From contig UQNQ01000004.1 of the NCBI GenBank assembly GCA_900542425.1, positions 46,856-110,855 on the forward strand: a stretch of DNA of 64,000 nt. Direction: 5' to 3'. Under the pieces are notes generated by a model. The model was not told where the DNA came from. It worked only from the letters and a program-made list of their open reading frames with translations, and did not search any database. Of the stretch, positions 44,770 through 55,674 are shown piece by piece. Origin of the DNA: an uncultured Eubacteriales bacterium. GTDB lineage: Bacteria; Bacillota; Clostridia; Oscillospirales; CAG-272. Position 1 is the stretch's first letter. Every line of letters begins with the position of its first letter. The position numbers were made by a program, and so were the translations under genes.

Positions 44770-46116
44770 ATGGCTTTTATTTTTTCTGACAAATATGTAC
44801 ATGGCTTTGTTTCCGATGAGGAAATCAAGGCACTTGGCAAAGAAGTAGATGCGGCGCATCGTACGCTGCTCGAAAGAACTGGTGCCGGAAATGATTTTCT
44901 AGGATGGCTTGATCTGCCAAAGAATTATGACAGGGAAGAAGTTGCGGCAGTAAAGAAAGCCGCGGAAAAAATCCGCGGCATGTGCGATGTATTTGTGGTG
45001 ATCGGTATCGGCGGTTCCTATCTCGGTGCCCGTGCCGCCATTGAATTTATTCATGGAAATTACTACAACAACAAGAAGAAAGATACGCCCGATATTTATT
45101 TTGTCGGAAATGATATTAGTTCATCTCATTTGAAGGATATTCTTGAGCTTTGCCGGGGGCGTGATCTCTGCGTCAATGTCATATCCAAATCCGGAACAAC
45201 AACGGAACCTGCCATTGCTTTTCGTATTTTCCGTGATTTGCTGATTGAGAAATACGGGAAAAAAGGTGCGGCAGAACGAATCTTTGCTACGACTGACCGT
45301 TCGCGCGGTGCGCTTCGTTCCCAAGCGGATACATACGGCTATGAGAGCTTTGTGATTGCTGATGATGTGGGCGGCAGATATTCTGTGCTGACGCCGGTCG
45401 GACTTCTTCCGATTGCTGTTTCCGGTATTGATGTAGAAGAAATGCTGGCAGGCGCTTCCAAAGCTTATGATGATTTTCTTGGCGGAGATGTGTATACCAA
45501 CGGCTGCCTGCGATATGCCGCGCTTCGTAATCTTTTTTACAGAAAAGGGAAAAGTATCGAGATTCTTGCCGTTAACGATCCGGCACTTACGATGACATGC
45601 GAATGGTGGAAGCAGCTCTTTGGGGAATCCGAGGGCAAGGACGGAAAAGGCTTGTATCCGTCAAGTGCTGTTTATTCGACCGATCTTCATTCTATCGGAC
45701 AATTCATTCAAGAAGGTACGAGGACGATGTTTGAAACCGTCGTCAATGTAGATGTGGATGACGGCTTTGCTGTTCCTGCAGATGCGGAAAATGCTGACGG
45801 ACTGAATTTTCTTGCAGGAAAGACAATGAACTGCGTGAATCAAAAAGCGCATGACGGTACGGTTCTCGCTCATACCGACGGTGGCGTACCGAACCTTTCT
45901 GTTACGCTTACCTCCCGTACTGCCTATGATTTCGGATATCTTGTTTATTTCTTTGAAAAAGCATGTGCGGTTTCCGGTTATATTTTGGGTGTAAATCCCT
46001 TTAATCAGCCCGGTGTTGAGGCATACAAAAAGAATATGTTCGCACTTCTTGACAAACCGGGATATTCTGACCGCCGTGAGGAACTGGAAGCACGTCTTTT
46101 GAGTATTGAGTCGTGA
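44770..46116 (+). CDS. pgi: glucose-6-phosphate isomerase
   Basis: The track ORF starts at 44731. The ATG at 44770 follows [40 protein letters not shown]. Confidence 0.92.
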   Translation: MAFIFSDKYVHGFVSDEEIKALGKEVDAAHRTLLERTGAGNDFLGWLDLPKNYDREEVAAVKKAAEKIRGMCDVFVVIGIGGSYLGARAAIEFIHGNYYNNKKKDTPDIYFVGNDISSSHLKDILELCRGRDLCVNVISKSGTTTEPAIAFRIFRDLLIEKYGKKGAAERIFATTDRSRGALRSQADTYGYESFVIADDVGGRYSVLTPVGLLPIAVSGIDVEEMLAGASKAYDDFLGGDVYTNGCLRYAALRNLFYRKGKSIEILAVNDPALTMTCEWWKQLFGESEGKDGKGLYPSSAVYSTDLHSIGQFIQEGTRTMFETVVNVDVDDGFAVPADAENADGLNFLAGKTMNCVNQKAHDGTVLAHTDGGVPNLSVTLTSRTAYDFGYLVYFFEKACAVSGYILGVNPFNQPGVEAYKKNMFALLDKPGYSDRREELEARLLSIES

Positions 46117-46166
46117 CGGAAAAAGGAAAGCTTCTTATCAAAAACTGCATATATGCAATATAGAAC

Positions 46167-46207
46167 AAAATCGAGGGGTAAGCCATACTACATACTCCTC
46201 GATTTTT
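46167..46207 (+). terminator. rho-independent terminator of pgi
   Basis: AAAATCGAGG-loop-CCTCGATTTTT. Confidence 0.65.
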
Positions 46208-46290
46208 GTCAATATGCGATATGAGTGATTGAGATACACGGGCGGGAGAAAGATTTTTCTTCTGAGCACTGACTAGAAAGGAGGCATGGA

Positions 46291-48585
46291 ATGAAAGTTA
46301 CGGATAAAAAGCGGTTTGCCGCTGTTCTTCTGATTTATATCGTTTTGTTCTCGCTCTCCTTTTTGCTGCCCGGTATTCATATGTGGCAGCTTGGGCTTAT
46401 CGCTTTGCTTTTGATTGTCGTTTTTACATTCTTTCTGTTTCACCGATGCCGTGGTGCGGAGCGCAGACGCGCATGTGCTTTGGCGGTGCTTGCGGTGGCA
46501 GCGGCATGTTTCTCCATTTTGTACAGCTGCAGCTTTCGGACCAATCAAATCGATTCTGCAGAAGCGCTGGCGGACGATACAACGCATACGGCGACAGGAT
46601 ATGTGAGTGAAATCCTTTATGAAAAGCCTTACGGGTCCGCTTATTACATAAAACTTCTTTCTGTAGACGGAAAGAAGTACAGCACGAAAATCTCGCTTTC
46701 CATTCCGTTTGCGGGAGAGCTTGAAGTTTATGATGAAATTTCCTTTTTCTGCATTTTCTATGAAAATGAGGTTCAATATGATTCCTATATGAAATCGCGT
46801 GGTGTTCCTGTTTCTGCGGAAGCCGAAGATTTTGAGGTGACAGGGACACACCATCGCGACATATCATATGTTTCTGACCGGATTGGAACGTGGATTGCCG
46901 GGAATTTTGAAGCGTATATCGGCGGTGATGAAGCGAGATTCGCGACGGCGCTTCTTACTGGAAACAGGGAACATCTGGACGGACAGACCCGCCTTGCTTA
47001 TCAAAGGCTTGGAATTTCACATATTCTTGCGGTTTCCGGACTTCATTTATCGGTTATTGTGGGCGGTGCGGACTTCCTTTTGCGCAAGCTTACGATTGCT
47101 CGGAGAAAAAAGGATATTTTCTTAATCCTTCTTACCTTTTTCTTTGCGATGGTTTGCGGTTTTCCCGCCTCTGTTATGCGTGCCGCTATCATGCTTGCCA
47201 TTTATTATATTGGGGACCTTATCGGAGAGCAGAACGATACTTTCACATCTCTTGCCTTTGCTGTCGCTCTGATTCTATCGGTATATCCGTATTCTGTCTA
47301 TGATGCGGGACTTTGGCTTTCTTTTCTCGCAACACTCGGGATTGTTATAATGAGTCCCGTGCTTGACAGCCTTTTTGCAGAGAAAAAAGACAGGAGAGGC
47401 TTCCGATTGGTTTTGTTCCGGTTTCTTCATTTTTTTGCCGGACTTTTGATGATGACATTTGCGGCAACCTTTTTCACGATGCCGGTGACTTATCTTCTGT
47501 ATGGTGGAATATCACTCATTTCACCGCTTGCTAACTTGATCTTTGTACCCCTGACAGAGTTGATTCTGTATTTGCTTGTTTTGATGACCGTATTTTCCTT
47601 TATCCCGTTTGTTCCGCTGCTTCTCGGAAGCATATGCCGCACGCTTATCACCTTTTCTGTGGATCTTGCATATCGGATTTCGGATATGGAAGGAATTTAT
47701 ATTTCTATTCGATATCCGTTTGCCGGATATGTGATCGCCGTGCTTGTCATCGGAATACTGGCGGTGCTTTTTATCAAAAAACTGAATCCCGGCTGGATTT
47801 TAGCTGTGTTTTTGGTATGCTCGACTGCTTTTGGAATCACTTATGCCGTTTTTCATACGATGACAGATTCGGATGTGAAGCTTTATGTCGAGAGCGACGG
47901 TAAAAACGATGTGATTGGGTTTGTATACGAAGGAAAGTCGATTTTAATTGATATCGGGAACGGCGGCTATACAGTACCATCGCTGGCGGCAGATACGCTT
48001 TCGGAATATTATAAGTGCGAAATTGATCTCCTTGTTCTGACGCATCTGCACTCCTACCATACAGGAACGTTAAAAAAACTTGCTGACCAAATCAAGATTC
48101 ACGGACTTCTTCTGCCGGAAGCGGAAAACGATCAGGAACGCGAGGTGATTGACTCCATTCTTTCTGCGCTTTCCGACACCTGCGAGATTTCATTTTATCC
48201 GCGTGACGGCAGTTCTTATCTTGCTTATGAAGGGCTTAAAATCCATCTTCCGCAGTATCAAACGATATCGCGTTCTGCTCATCCGGTCATTGTTTTTTCT
48301 GCTGAAATTGAAGGCTATGCAGGGACTTCTTTTGTCTATGCAGGTTCATCCGCATTTGAGTTAGAAGCGGTTTCAGCGTTGTCTCTGGATACTTCGGTCA
48401 TCGTTTGCGGTGCGCATGGACCTGTCACTAAAAATATTTTTGATGCTTCTTGTTTTGAAAATACGGAATATGTTGTTTTTGCAGATGAAGATATTGCTTT
48501 TTATATAGAGACGGATGAAATTCTCTCGAAAATTCTATTTTTAACCGAAGAAAGCGGAAGAATCCGATTTTCTTTTGAAAAATAA
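46291..48585 (+). CDS. comEC: DNA internalisation competence protein ComEC/Rec2
   Basis: 764 aa. Polytopic N-terminal part with RLGISHILAVSGLHLSV. C-terminal metallo-beta-lactamase domain (LVLTHLHSYHTG). Confidence 0.9.
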   Translation: MKVTDKKRFAAVLLIYIVLFSLSFLLPGIHMWQLGLIALLLIVVFTFFLFHRCRGAERRRACALAVLAVAAACFSILYSCSFRTNQIDSAEALADDTTHTATGYVSEILYEKPYGSAYYIKLLSVDGKKYSTKISLSIPFAGELEVYDEISFFCIFYENEVQYDSYMKSRGVPVSAEAEDFEVTGTHHRDISYVSDRIGTWIAGNFEAYIGGDEARFATALLTGNREHLDGQTRLAYQRLGISHILAVSGLHLSVIVGGADFLLRKLTIARRKKDIFLILLTFFFAMVCGFPASVMRAAIMLAIYYIGDLIGEQNDTFTSLAFAVALILSVYPYSVYDAGLWLSFLATLGIVIMSPVLDSLFAEKKDRRGFRLVLFRFLHFFAGLLMMTFAATFFTMPVTYLLYGGISLISPLANLIFVPLTELILYLLVLMTVFSFIPFVPLLLGSICRTLITFSVDLAYRISDMEGIYISIRYPFAGYVIAVLVIGILAVLFIKKLNPGWILAVFLVCSTAFGITYAVFHTMTDSDVKLYVESDGKNDVIGFVYEGKSILIDIGNGGYTVPSLAADTLSEYYKCEIDLLVLTHLHSYHTGTLKKLADQIKIHGLLLPEAENDQEREVIDSILSALSDTCEISFYPRDGSSYLAYEGLKIHLPQYQTISRSAHPVIVFSAEIEGYAGTSFVYAGSSAFELEAVSALSLDTSVIVCGAHGPVTKNIFDASCFENTEYVVFADEDIAFYIETDEILSKILFLTEESGRIRFSFEK

Positions 48586-48781
48586 ATGGGAAGTGAGGCA
48601 TCCTGCATTTTGCCGGTACTAAAAAACATAGGAGCAAAAAAACTCCCGTATCATGGCAATTCATTCGGCGATTAGTTGCCAAGAAACGGGGGTTTTTATT
48701 ATAATAAATTCCTGTGATAGAAAGCGTATTTGTCTAATCAATCTTTCAAAGTTTTATCTTGTTCTGAATTGTTTAAAACTT

Positions 48782-49288
48782 TCAGTATGGACTGATTGCA
48801 AGCGATTCGTCGTCTTCTCCCTTTTCAATTCCGCGGATGATGACATCGTAGGCATAATCCGGCGTTACGGAGACCGAGACACGGTCTCCGAGTTTTTTTC
48901 CTAAAATGGCTTTGCCGAGAGGAGATTCCTTACTGATATAGCCTTTGATGGAATCCTGTCGTAGTGTTGTGACAAGTATAATTTCCATTTCTTCATCGTC
49001 TTCTTCCATATAAAGACGGACTTTATCAAATAAACCGACAGTACCCGAATCTTCTTTTTTGGGCGATATGACGACGGCAGTGGCAATCATTTGCTGTAAA
49101 TAACGGATTCTGCTGTTGTTTTTATTGAGGTCACGTCTAGCGGCGTGATATTCAAAATTTTCGCTTCGGTCTCCAAGCTCACGCGCATGGCGAAGAGCTT
49201 CTTTCAGTTGTGGTGCCAAAACAAGCTTTCGATAATCAATTTCTTCCTGCATTTTTTTAATATCGACAGCTGTCAGTTCATCATACAT
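48782..49288 (-). CDS. greA: GreA/GreB-family transcription elongation factor
   Basis: 168 aa. Coiled-coil N-terminus with GDRSENFEYHAARRD. C-terminal domain SKESPLGKAILGKKLGDRVSV. Confidence 0.85.
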   Translation of the reverse strand: MYDELTAVDIKKMQEEIDYRKLVLAPQLKEALRHARELGDRSENFEYHAARRDLNKNNSRIRYLQQMIATAVVISPKKEDSGTVGLFDKVRLYMEEDDEEMEIILVTTLRQDSIKGYISKESPLGKAILGKKLGDRVSVSVTPDYAYDVIIRGIEKGEDDESLAISPY

Positions 49289-49418
49289 GGAATTGCCTCC
49301 AGATTTTTAAATGGATATTTTTAAGAAAAAGAGCGGGAATCTTCAATTTGTCAAATCGGCAAGAAATAATGTGGCATTGCCTCTCTGTTTTTCCGGGAAA
49401 AAGGCAGAGCGGCTTTTC

Positions 49419-50486
49419 TTAAAGAGAATGCTTTGATTCCGACATTGCTTTTTTTACCGTTTCTCCGATTGTCTTCGCCATGGCAAGATATCCTGCGTCA
49501 TTGGGATGGCAGCCGTCGGCTGTGGACTCATTGAGATAGTCTGGGTCATAGATGGTTTTGCCGTCGACAAAATACAGATGCCGGTCACCCGCTTCCAATC
49601 CGCGTCGATAACTTTCCAAAATGATTTCACGTCTTTTTTCATTGGAAACGATGTCTGCATAATAGTCGACTTTTGACGCCATAATCACGGGCGTGTCAGG
49701 TTGAGCCGACCGGAATCTTTGATATCCGTCATAATGCGTTTTTGCAAGATATTCTGCATCGGGAGCGTTGTGGTCGTAGTCGTACACAAATACGCTCATG
49801 TCAAGTCCACAGATATAATCTAGAATTGCCGGTTCTGCTTTTGCTGCTCCGGAGAAGCCGAGGTTGATAAAATCACTGTCCAGTCTGCGGGCAACAATAG
49901 AAGGATAATTGCTGCTCGGTCTGCCGGCTCCTACTCCATGTACGATAGAAGAGCCGTAAAAAACAATCGGCTTCTGATAACGGTATTCGCCTCCGAAAGT
50001 TACCTCGCATCCTTCCCGCAGCGCTACGCAAACAGAAGATATTTTTGCGAATAACGGGAAATTGATAATGATATCTTTCATTCCGGAGTTTAATCTGACC
50101 CTGCTTTCTACGTAGGATTTTCCTTCGCCCTGGGATGGCGCCATAATGGTGATAAAGCGGCAAATACCGTTCTCAACCTGATATAAGTCAAAGCCAATTG
50201 TTGTAACAGTAGAGCTTTGCGGATTTTTTTCTGCTCCTTCGATTTCCGCATGGATGACGACATAATCGGAATCCGTAGAAAAACGTAGCCTTGCGCCTGC
50301 CGTCATTGCCGCAAGATTGACCACAGCAGCACTTGTTGCGGTTGCGATTTTCTCAGGAACGCGTCTGAAAGGCTCATATAATCCGTACAGACGGAAGGGC
50401 GGCTTTGTCACATCCATAAAAACCGGATCTCCGGTTGTTATCGTTGTATCATTCGGAATCAATCCGCATGCTTTTGTGATTTTCAT
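49419..50486 (-). CDS. SGNH/GDSL-family hydrolase with N-terminal beta-sandwich domain
   Basis: 355 aa. VFYGSSIVHG (block I Ser), GFSG, and DGCHPND (block V DxxH). Confidence 0.7.
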   Translation of the reverse strand: MKITKACGLIPNDTTITTGDPVFMDVTKPPFRLYGLYEPFRRVPEKIATATSAAVVNLAAMTAGARLRFSTDSDYVVIHAEIEGAEKNPQSSTVTTIGFDLYQVENGICRFITIMAPSQGEGKSYVESRVRLNSGMKDIIINFPLFAKISSVCVALREGCEVTFGGEYRYQKPIVFYGSSIVHGVGAGRPSSNYPSIVARRLDSDFINLGFSGAAKAEPAILDYICGLDMSVFVYDYDHNAPDAEYLAKTHYDGYQRFRSAQPDTPVIMASKVDYYADIVSNEKRREIILESYRRGLEAGDRHLYFVDGKTIYDPDYLNESTADGCHPNDAGYLAMAKTIGETVKKAMSESKHSL

Positions 50487-50590
50487 ATGTTGAATATCCT
50501 TTCAAAATGATTGTTGTATCATTATAGCTGAACGACGTGGATAAGTCAAGACAAAAACAATGGGCTTTCCTTTGACGTGAGGGAAAAATA

Positions 50591-50622
50591 AAAAAACAGC
50601 GCAGCTATGCTGCACTGTTTTT
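50591..50622. terminator. bidirectional terminator
   Basis: AAAAAACAGCGCAGC-tat-GCTGCACTGTTTTT. Confidence 0.75.
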
Positions 50623-50625
50623 AAT

Positions 50626-52452
50626 TTAAATGGTAGGAAATCTCAACGTTGCCTTAAAAAGATCACCGTCAATTGAAAGGGAGAGCGTACCTTTTTGAAG
50701 TTCCGCAAGGCTTTTTGCAATGGAAAGTCCCAGTCCGCTGCCTTCCGTACTGCGGGAGCTGTCACCTCGAACAAATCGTTCCATTAGTTCGTCTGCCGAA
50801 ATGTTAAGAGATATCCGCGATATATTTTTAAAGGTAATGACCGCTTGTTTTTTTTCTTTGATTACATTCAGATAAATTCTGGTTCCGGGCTGTGAATATT
50901 TACAGATGTTATTCATAAGATTGTCGAAAACACGCCACATATATCTGCCGTCCGCCATAATTTTAACCGGTTCCTCGGGAGAAGAAACAATGGCTTCCAG
51001 CGATGCTTTTTTCAACTTTTCATCATATTCTCCGACAGTTTGTTGGAGCAGTACTCCGATGTCACATTCTGTCATATTGACAGTTAAATTTCCCGTGGAT
51101 GCTTTAGAGGCTTCGACCAAATCTTCAATCAGCTTTTTGAGTCTGGCGGATTGACGGTCAAGAACCGTGATATATTCCCGCAGCGTCTCATTTTCGACAG
51201 ACTCTTTTTTTATCAAATCAACATAGTTGATGATAGATGTCAAAGGCGTTTTAATATCATGAGAAACATTCGTGATAAGTTCGGTTTTCATTCGTTCGCT
51301 TTTAATTTGTTCCTCAACAGCATGGGACATCCCTTCACGGATACTGTTTAGACTATGACCAAACGTTTTAAAATCGCCTATCATATGAGTTGTGTCAATT
51401 TGATAAGTGAAATCACCTTTAGCGATTTTTTTCCCTCCGACCTCCAATTTGCGCAGCATGATGGCGATATAAAAAACGAGACAAGCCAAAATGAAACTTT
51501 GAATAAGCCAATATCGTATATATTGTGATAAATAAGCGCTGGAGACCAATGCGATAAGATCAGCGAAAAGAACACCTCCGACCAAAATAACGGTTTTCCA
51601 AATCAGGGGCAGATTTTCAAAAAAAATCCCCAGCTTGCGGAATATCCATGAAAATCCGCGATATATCAGCATATTTTTGATAAGACCGCCTGCTTTTAAT
51701 CTTACAGTAAAACTCATAAGGTAGGAGAGTACCAAAAGATAAAACAGAATCAAAAAAAATGAAAAAATGATAAGCCGAAAAGAAAAAGTATATCCGAAAA
51801 CATTCATGATAAAAAATAGCACGACACCGATGATACCATATAACACAGTGAAAACATCAAACGGAATTTTTTCCAGCGTTCCGTTTTTCGGTTTTGTTTC
51901 GTCTTTTCGGTATCCTGCGGAGCAGAACAGAAAAATTAAAAGCACTACAAATGCGCAGATAGCAAGAAACTCGAGAATAATCAATGTGTACCTTGCAGAG
52001 TACAGGAGCTCAACCATATACAATGCATCGGCAAAGATATTTTCTCCGGCAGAAGGAACAATATATCCAGTAATCGTATATGTTGATAACTCGCTACCGT
52101 CGGCAGTTAAATGGATTTCACGTATTTCTTCGCATTCAGGCTCCGCACCGTTGTATGTGGATAAGAGAATATTTCCGTTTTGATCCGTAATGGTAAATTC
52201 AAAATTGGTATTTTCAAAATATTGAGCGGGATCACCGCTTCCGTAAATGTAAATGTCGGCGGCTTTATCGATTTCGTCCAATATCATTTCCGATTGAACG
52301 GATTTTTTCACTTGAGTAAAGGTGGAACTGTAATAATCGTTTTCCGCCATATAGTAAATTCCGATCATTCCCGCAAGAATCACGGCAAATATGATCGCTG
52401 ATAAAAAGGCTGCGGTTGCTTTTTTTGTGAAGCTATAATGGTGTGGTTTCAT
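50626..52452 (-). CDS. sensor histidine kinase
   Basis: 608 aa. N-terminal TM, extracytoplasmic region, multiple TM helices, HAMP-like segment, H-box ITNVSHDIKTPLTSI, N/G boxes (NLMNNICKYS, GSGLGLSIAK). Confidence 0.9.
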   Translation of the reverse strand: MKPHHYSFTKKATAAFLSAIIFAVILAGMIGIYYMAENDYYSSTFTQVKKSVQSEMILDEIDKAADIYIYGSGDPAQYFENTNFEFTITDQNGNILLSTYNGAEPECEEIREIHLTADGSELSTYTITGYIVPSAGENIFADALYMVELLYSARYTLIILEFLAICAFVVLLIFLFCSAGYRKDETKPKNGTLEKIPFDVFTVLYGIIGVVLFFIMNVFGYTFSFRLIIFSFFLILFYLLVLSYLMSFTVRLKAGGLIKNMLIYRGFSWIFRKLGIFFENLPLIWKTVILVGGVLFADLIALVSSAYLSQYIRYWLIQSFILACLVFYIAIMLRKLEVGGKKIAKGDFTYQIDTTHMIGDFKTFGHSLNSIREGMSHAVEEQIKSERMKTELITNVSHDIKTPLTSIINYVDLIKKESVENETLREYITVLDRQSARLKKLIEDLVEASKASTGNLTVNMTECDIGVLLQQTVGEYDEKLKKASLEAIVSSPEEPVKIMADGRYMWRVFDNLMNNICKYSQPGTRIYLNVIKEKKQAVITFKNISRISLNISADELMERFVRGDSSRSTEGSGLGLSIAKSLAELQKGTLSLSIDGDLFKATLRFPTI

Positions 52453-52513
52453 AACGGCTACCTTTCATATCGTATCGCCTGTTATGGGAAACAGACAGAT
52501 ATTTGAAAAAATT

Positions 52514-53227
52514 TTATTCTGATGCAGACAGATTTTTTTCAATTTTGTATCCTTGTCCCCAAACCGCTTTCAGATAGCGGGGATCTGCGGGGTTGATCTC
52601 GATTTTTTCACGAAGATGGCGAATATGAACGGCAACAGTGCCTTCCGCGCCGTACGGATCTCCGTTCCAGATTTTCCGATACAAATCTTTGGGGGAAAAT
52701 ACTTCGCCCGGATTCTGCATCAGAAGCTTCAGAATTTCAAATTCAGTCGGTGTCAGAGAAATCGGGTCTCCGTCTACCGTTACCGATTTGGATTTATCAT
52801 CAAGAATGATTCCGCCGATTACATATTTTTCTGATTTTTGTACGGTATTTCCGCCGAGCTGCATATATCTTCGAAGCTGGGAACGTACTCTGGCGATGAC
52901 CTCTGCCGGTTTAAAAGGTTTTGTCACATAATCATCCGCACCGACATTGAGTCCGAGAATCTTATCAGCATCTTCTCCCTTAGCGGTCAACAGAATGACC
53001 GGTATGTTGGTATTTTCCCGAAGACGGATCATTGCCGCGATCCCATCCATTTCCGGCATCATGATATCCATGAGAATCAAATGGATATCTTCATTTTTTA
53101 TGACTTCCAAAGCTTCTCGTCCGTTATATGCCTCAAAGGTATGGTAGCCTTCGGAGGACAGATAAATTTTTAATGCGGAAACAATATCTTTTTCATCATC
53201 ACAAATCAAAATATTATACATGGACAA
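52514..53227 (-). CDS. OmpR-family response regulator
   Basis: 237 aa. ILICDDE...LILMDIMMPEMDG receiver. C-terminal winged helix (LTPTEFEILKLL...VWGQGYK). Confidence 0.92.
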   Translation of the reverse strand: MSMYNILICDDEKDIVSALKIYLSSEGYHTFEAYNGREALEVIKNEDIHLILMDIMMPEMDGIAAMIRLRENTNIPVILLTAKGEDADKILGLNVGADDYVTKPFKPAEVIARVRSQLRRYMQLGGNTVQKSEKYVIGGIILDDKSKSVTVDGDPISLTPTEFEILKLLMQNPGEVFSPKDLYRKIWNGDPYGAEGTVAVHIRHLREKIEINPADPRYLKAVWGQGYKIEKNLSASE

Positions 53228-53482
53228 ACCCCTTTATACTTTTATAAATTCCTGTGCGAAGTAGAATAACCTTTTGAACCTTATTATACATCAAAAAAGA
53301 TTAAAAACCAATAGTATTCTGAATTAAGATTTTTTTAAGAAAATTAATAGAATGTTTTAGAAATATTGAGAAAATATTGGGAAAGACATCTGTATGATTA
53401 TTACCGGATTTTGTAAAGATTCGGTATGAAAAAACATGCTGAAATCTCCTGGAGAAAAAGTGAGTTTTTCCTTTGTTTGATG

Positions 53483-53511
53483 TTGACATTGACCGTACAA
53501 TGGTGTAAAAT
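53483..53511 (+). promoter_or_regulatory. sigma-A type promoter of oxidoreductase/TIM-barrel cluster
   Basis: TTGACA, 17-nt spacer, TAAAAT. Confidence 0.55.
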
Positions 53512-53629
53512 GGCTAAGAAGATCGGACATCTGTTGAAAAACGACGGTTGTTATGAAATCATAGCCGGGAATTCGGTCGGTAAAGTATGTTTTCCGGTGG
53601 AGTTCCTTGGTTTGATATAGGAGGAAGCT

Positions 53630-54676
53630 ATGAAGCATTATGTCGGTGTAATCGGATTCGGAGGCGAGGGATATTGGCAGGCGCGTCATGCCGAACAATC
53701 GGATGTGTTGGAACTTGTCGGAGTTTCCGATATTTCCGAAAAACGAAAGGAATTTGCCGCCGAAAAAAACATAAAATTTTATGAGTCGGACGAGGCACTG
53801 ATCGCAGATCCAAAAATTGATCTTGTCATCATTGCTACGCCGAACGATTCTCATAAATCGCTTGCGATTGCTGCGATGGCTGCAGGGAAACATGTCATCT
53901 GCGAAAAACCGGTGGCGATGTCCTCCGAGGAGTTGGCACAGATGACAGAAGCCTCAAAGAGATATGGAAAATTATTTACCGTGTATCAGAACCGCAGATG
54001 GGACGGCGATTTTCTGACTGCGAAAAAAATTCTGGACGAAAATATGCTGGGGGAAGTTTATCGTGTTGAATCCAGAGTGCACGGATCCCGCGGAATTCCT
54101 GGAGACTGGCGTCAGCTTCCCGAATACGGCGGCGGTATGATTCTCGATTGGGGCGTGCATTTGCTGGATCAGATTCTGATGCTCAAAGGACAGACAAAAT
54201 TAAGTTATGTGTATGCGTCGGTATCTCATATTACCAATCAGCTTGTAGACGATGGATTTACGGCGCTACTAACCTTTGAGGATGGAATGGAATTCTTGGT
54301 CGAAGTGGGAACGAGCAATTTTATTTCTCTTCCGCGCTGGTATATCGTCGGTCAGAATGGTACCGCGTTTATTCGTGATTGGAAATCCGGAGCAGAAATT
54401 GTTTGTGCTTCCGGAACCGACGAGTATGACGTCGTTCCGGTTCACACCGCTTCGGGAATTACAAAAACCATGGCGCCGCGTCGGGAAGAGAATATTCATA
54501 AAACGGAAATCCCCGTGGTGGAAAGTTCCATTTATGATTTTTACCGCAATGTTGCGGCAGCAATCGACGGGACAGAAGAACCGGCTGTCAAGCTTCCCGA
54601 GGTTATGCGTGTTATGAAGCTTATGGAAGCTGTTAAGCAATCTGCGGATACTCATGAAATCATTCGTTTTGAATAA
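53630..54676 (+). CDS. Gfo/Idh/MocA-family NAD(P)-dependent oxidoreductase
   Basis: 348 aa. VGVIGFGGEG Rossmann motif, ICEKP, C-terminal alpha/beta domain. RBS AGGAGG. Confidence 0.85.
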   Translation: MKHYVGVIGFGGEGYWQARHAEQSDVLELVGVSDISEKRKEFAAEKNIKFYESDEALIADPKIDLVIIATPNDSHKSLAIAAMAAGKHVICEKPVAMSSEELAQMTEASKRYGKLFTVYQNRRWDGDFLTAKKILDENMLGEVYRVESRVHGSRGIPGDWRQLPEYGGGMILDWGVHLLDQILMLKGQTKLSYVYASVSHITNQLVDDGFTALLTFEDGMEFLVEVGTSNFISLPRWYIVGQNGTAFIRDWKSGAEIVCASGTDEYDVVPVHTASGITKTMAPRREENIHKTEIPVVESSIYDFYRNVAAAIDGTEEPAVKLPEVMRVMKLMEAVKQSADTHEIIRFE

Positions 54677-54700
54677 AAAACAGAATACAGAGAAAGCGGA

Positions 54701-55594
54701 GTGAAATGCATGTCTATGGATCAAATGATTAAAATCGGTACGTGCCTGCCTTACGGGGTAGCGGAAAAAATGCTTGACAGTGTGATAGATTCCGGGTTTG
54801 AAACCGGCTCTGTGAATTTTCATATGAAAGTACTGGATGAAAAATTGTTAGGTGAGCTTGCGGAAAGACTGAACCGCATCATTGACGGCCGGGATTTTGA
54901 GATTACCACACTGGGCTTTTATCTGAATCCGATTGAAAACGAGGAGCATTTTGCATTTCTCAAAACCGTCATTGACAGCGCGCATCTGTTCGGCGCTACA
55001 CATGTGAGTACGTTTGCCGGTGCCTATTCCGGACGTCCGGTTGAGGAATCCATTCCGAGATTCGGAGAGGTGTTTCGTGAGCTTGCCGCACGCGCCGAGG
55101 CTGCGGGTGTAAAGCTTGGAATTGAATGCTGTCCCATGGGAGGATGCTGGAGATCCGCGACCTGTAATATTGGTTTTAATCCCAGAGCATGGGAGCTTAT
55201 GTTTAATGAGGTGACCAGTGACAGCTTCGGTCTTGAATGGGAACCGACGCATATGATGGCACAGCTCATCGATCCTATCGCCAACTTGAAAGATTGGGTG
55301 CATAAGGTTGTCCATATGCACGGCAAAGATTCCAATGTCGACTGGGATGTTGTGAAAAAATACGGGGTATTTGGCGCTGTCCCGTTTGAACGCGGACGAA
55401 TTCCCGGTATGGGCGATACGGATTGGCGAAAGATTTTTACCATTTTGCGGGATGCCGGTTATACGGATGATATCTGTGTGGAAGGATTCCATGACCGTCA
55501 GTTCGGCAAGGAATGGGAAATGACAGGGCAGCTTCATGCACTTCGTTATCTAAAATGGTGCCGCGGAGGAAATTTTACTGTCAATCCGTGGTAA
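54701..55594 (+). CDS. sugar phosphate isomerase/epimerase-like TIM barrel protein
   Basis: 297 aa. GVKLGIECCP, WEPTHM, VHMHGKD, ICVEGFHD. Confidence 0.8.
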   Translation: MKCMSMDQMIKIGTCLPYGVAEKMLDSVIDSGFETGSVNFHMKVLDEKLLGELAERLNRIIDGRDFEITTLGFYLNPIENEEHFAFLKTVIDSAHLFGATHVSTFAGAYSGRPVEESIPRFGEVFRELAARAEAAGVKLGIECCPMGGCWRSATCNIGFNPRAWELMFNEVTSDSFGLEWEPTHMMAQLIDPIANLKDWVHKVVHMHGKDSNVDWDVVKKYGVFGAVPFERGRIPGMGDTDWRKIFTILRDAGYTDDICVEGFHDRQFGKEWEMTGQLHALRYLKWCRGGNFTVNPW

Positions 55595-55674
55595 ATGTAT
55601 AGGGAGCAAAGAAGCTTCTTGCCTGCTCATTATTAAATTTCTATTATCAATCATTATAAATGGAGGATACAATT

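Noticed and set aside
46273-46867. Minus-strand ORFs of 193 and 147 aa opposite the 5' end of comEC
   Set aside because: Arg/Lys/Cys-rich and low-complexity, antisense to a membrane-protein gene. There are no start-site signals.
48704-48716. 13-mer ATAAATTCCTGTG repeated at 53244-53256
   Set aside because: It is a single short AT-rich match in unrelated contexts (a terminator flank versus a 5' UTR). This is consistent with chance.
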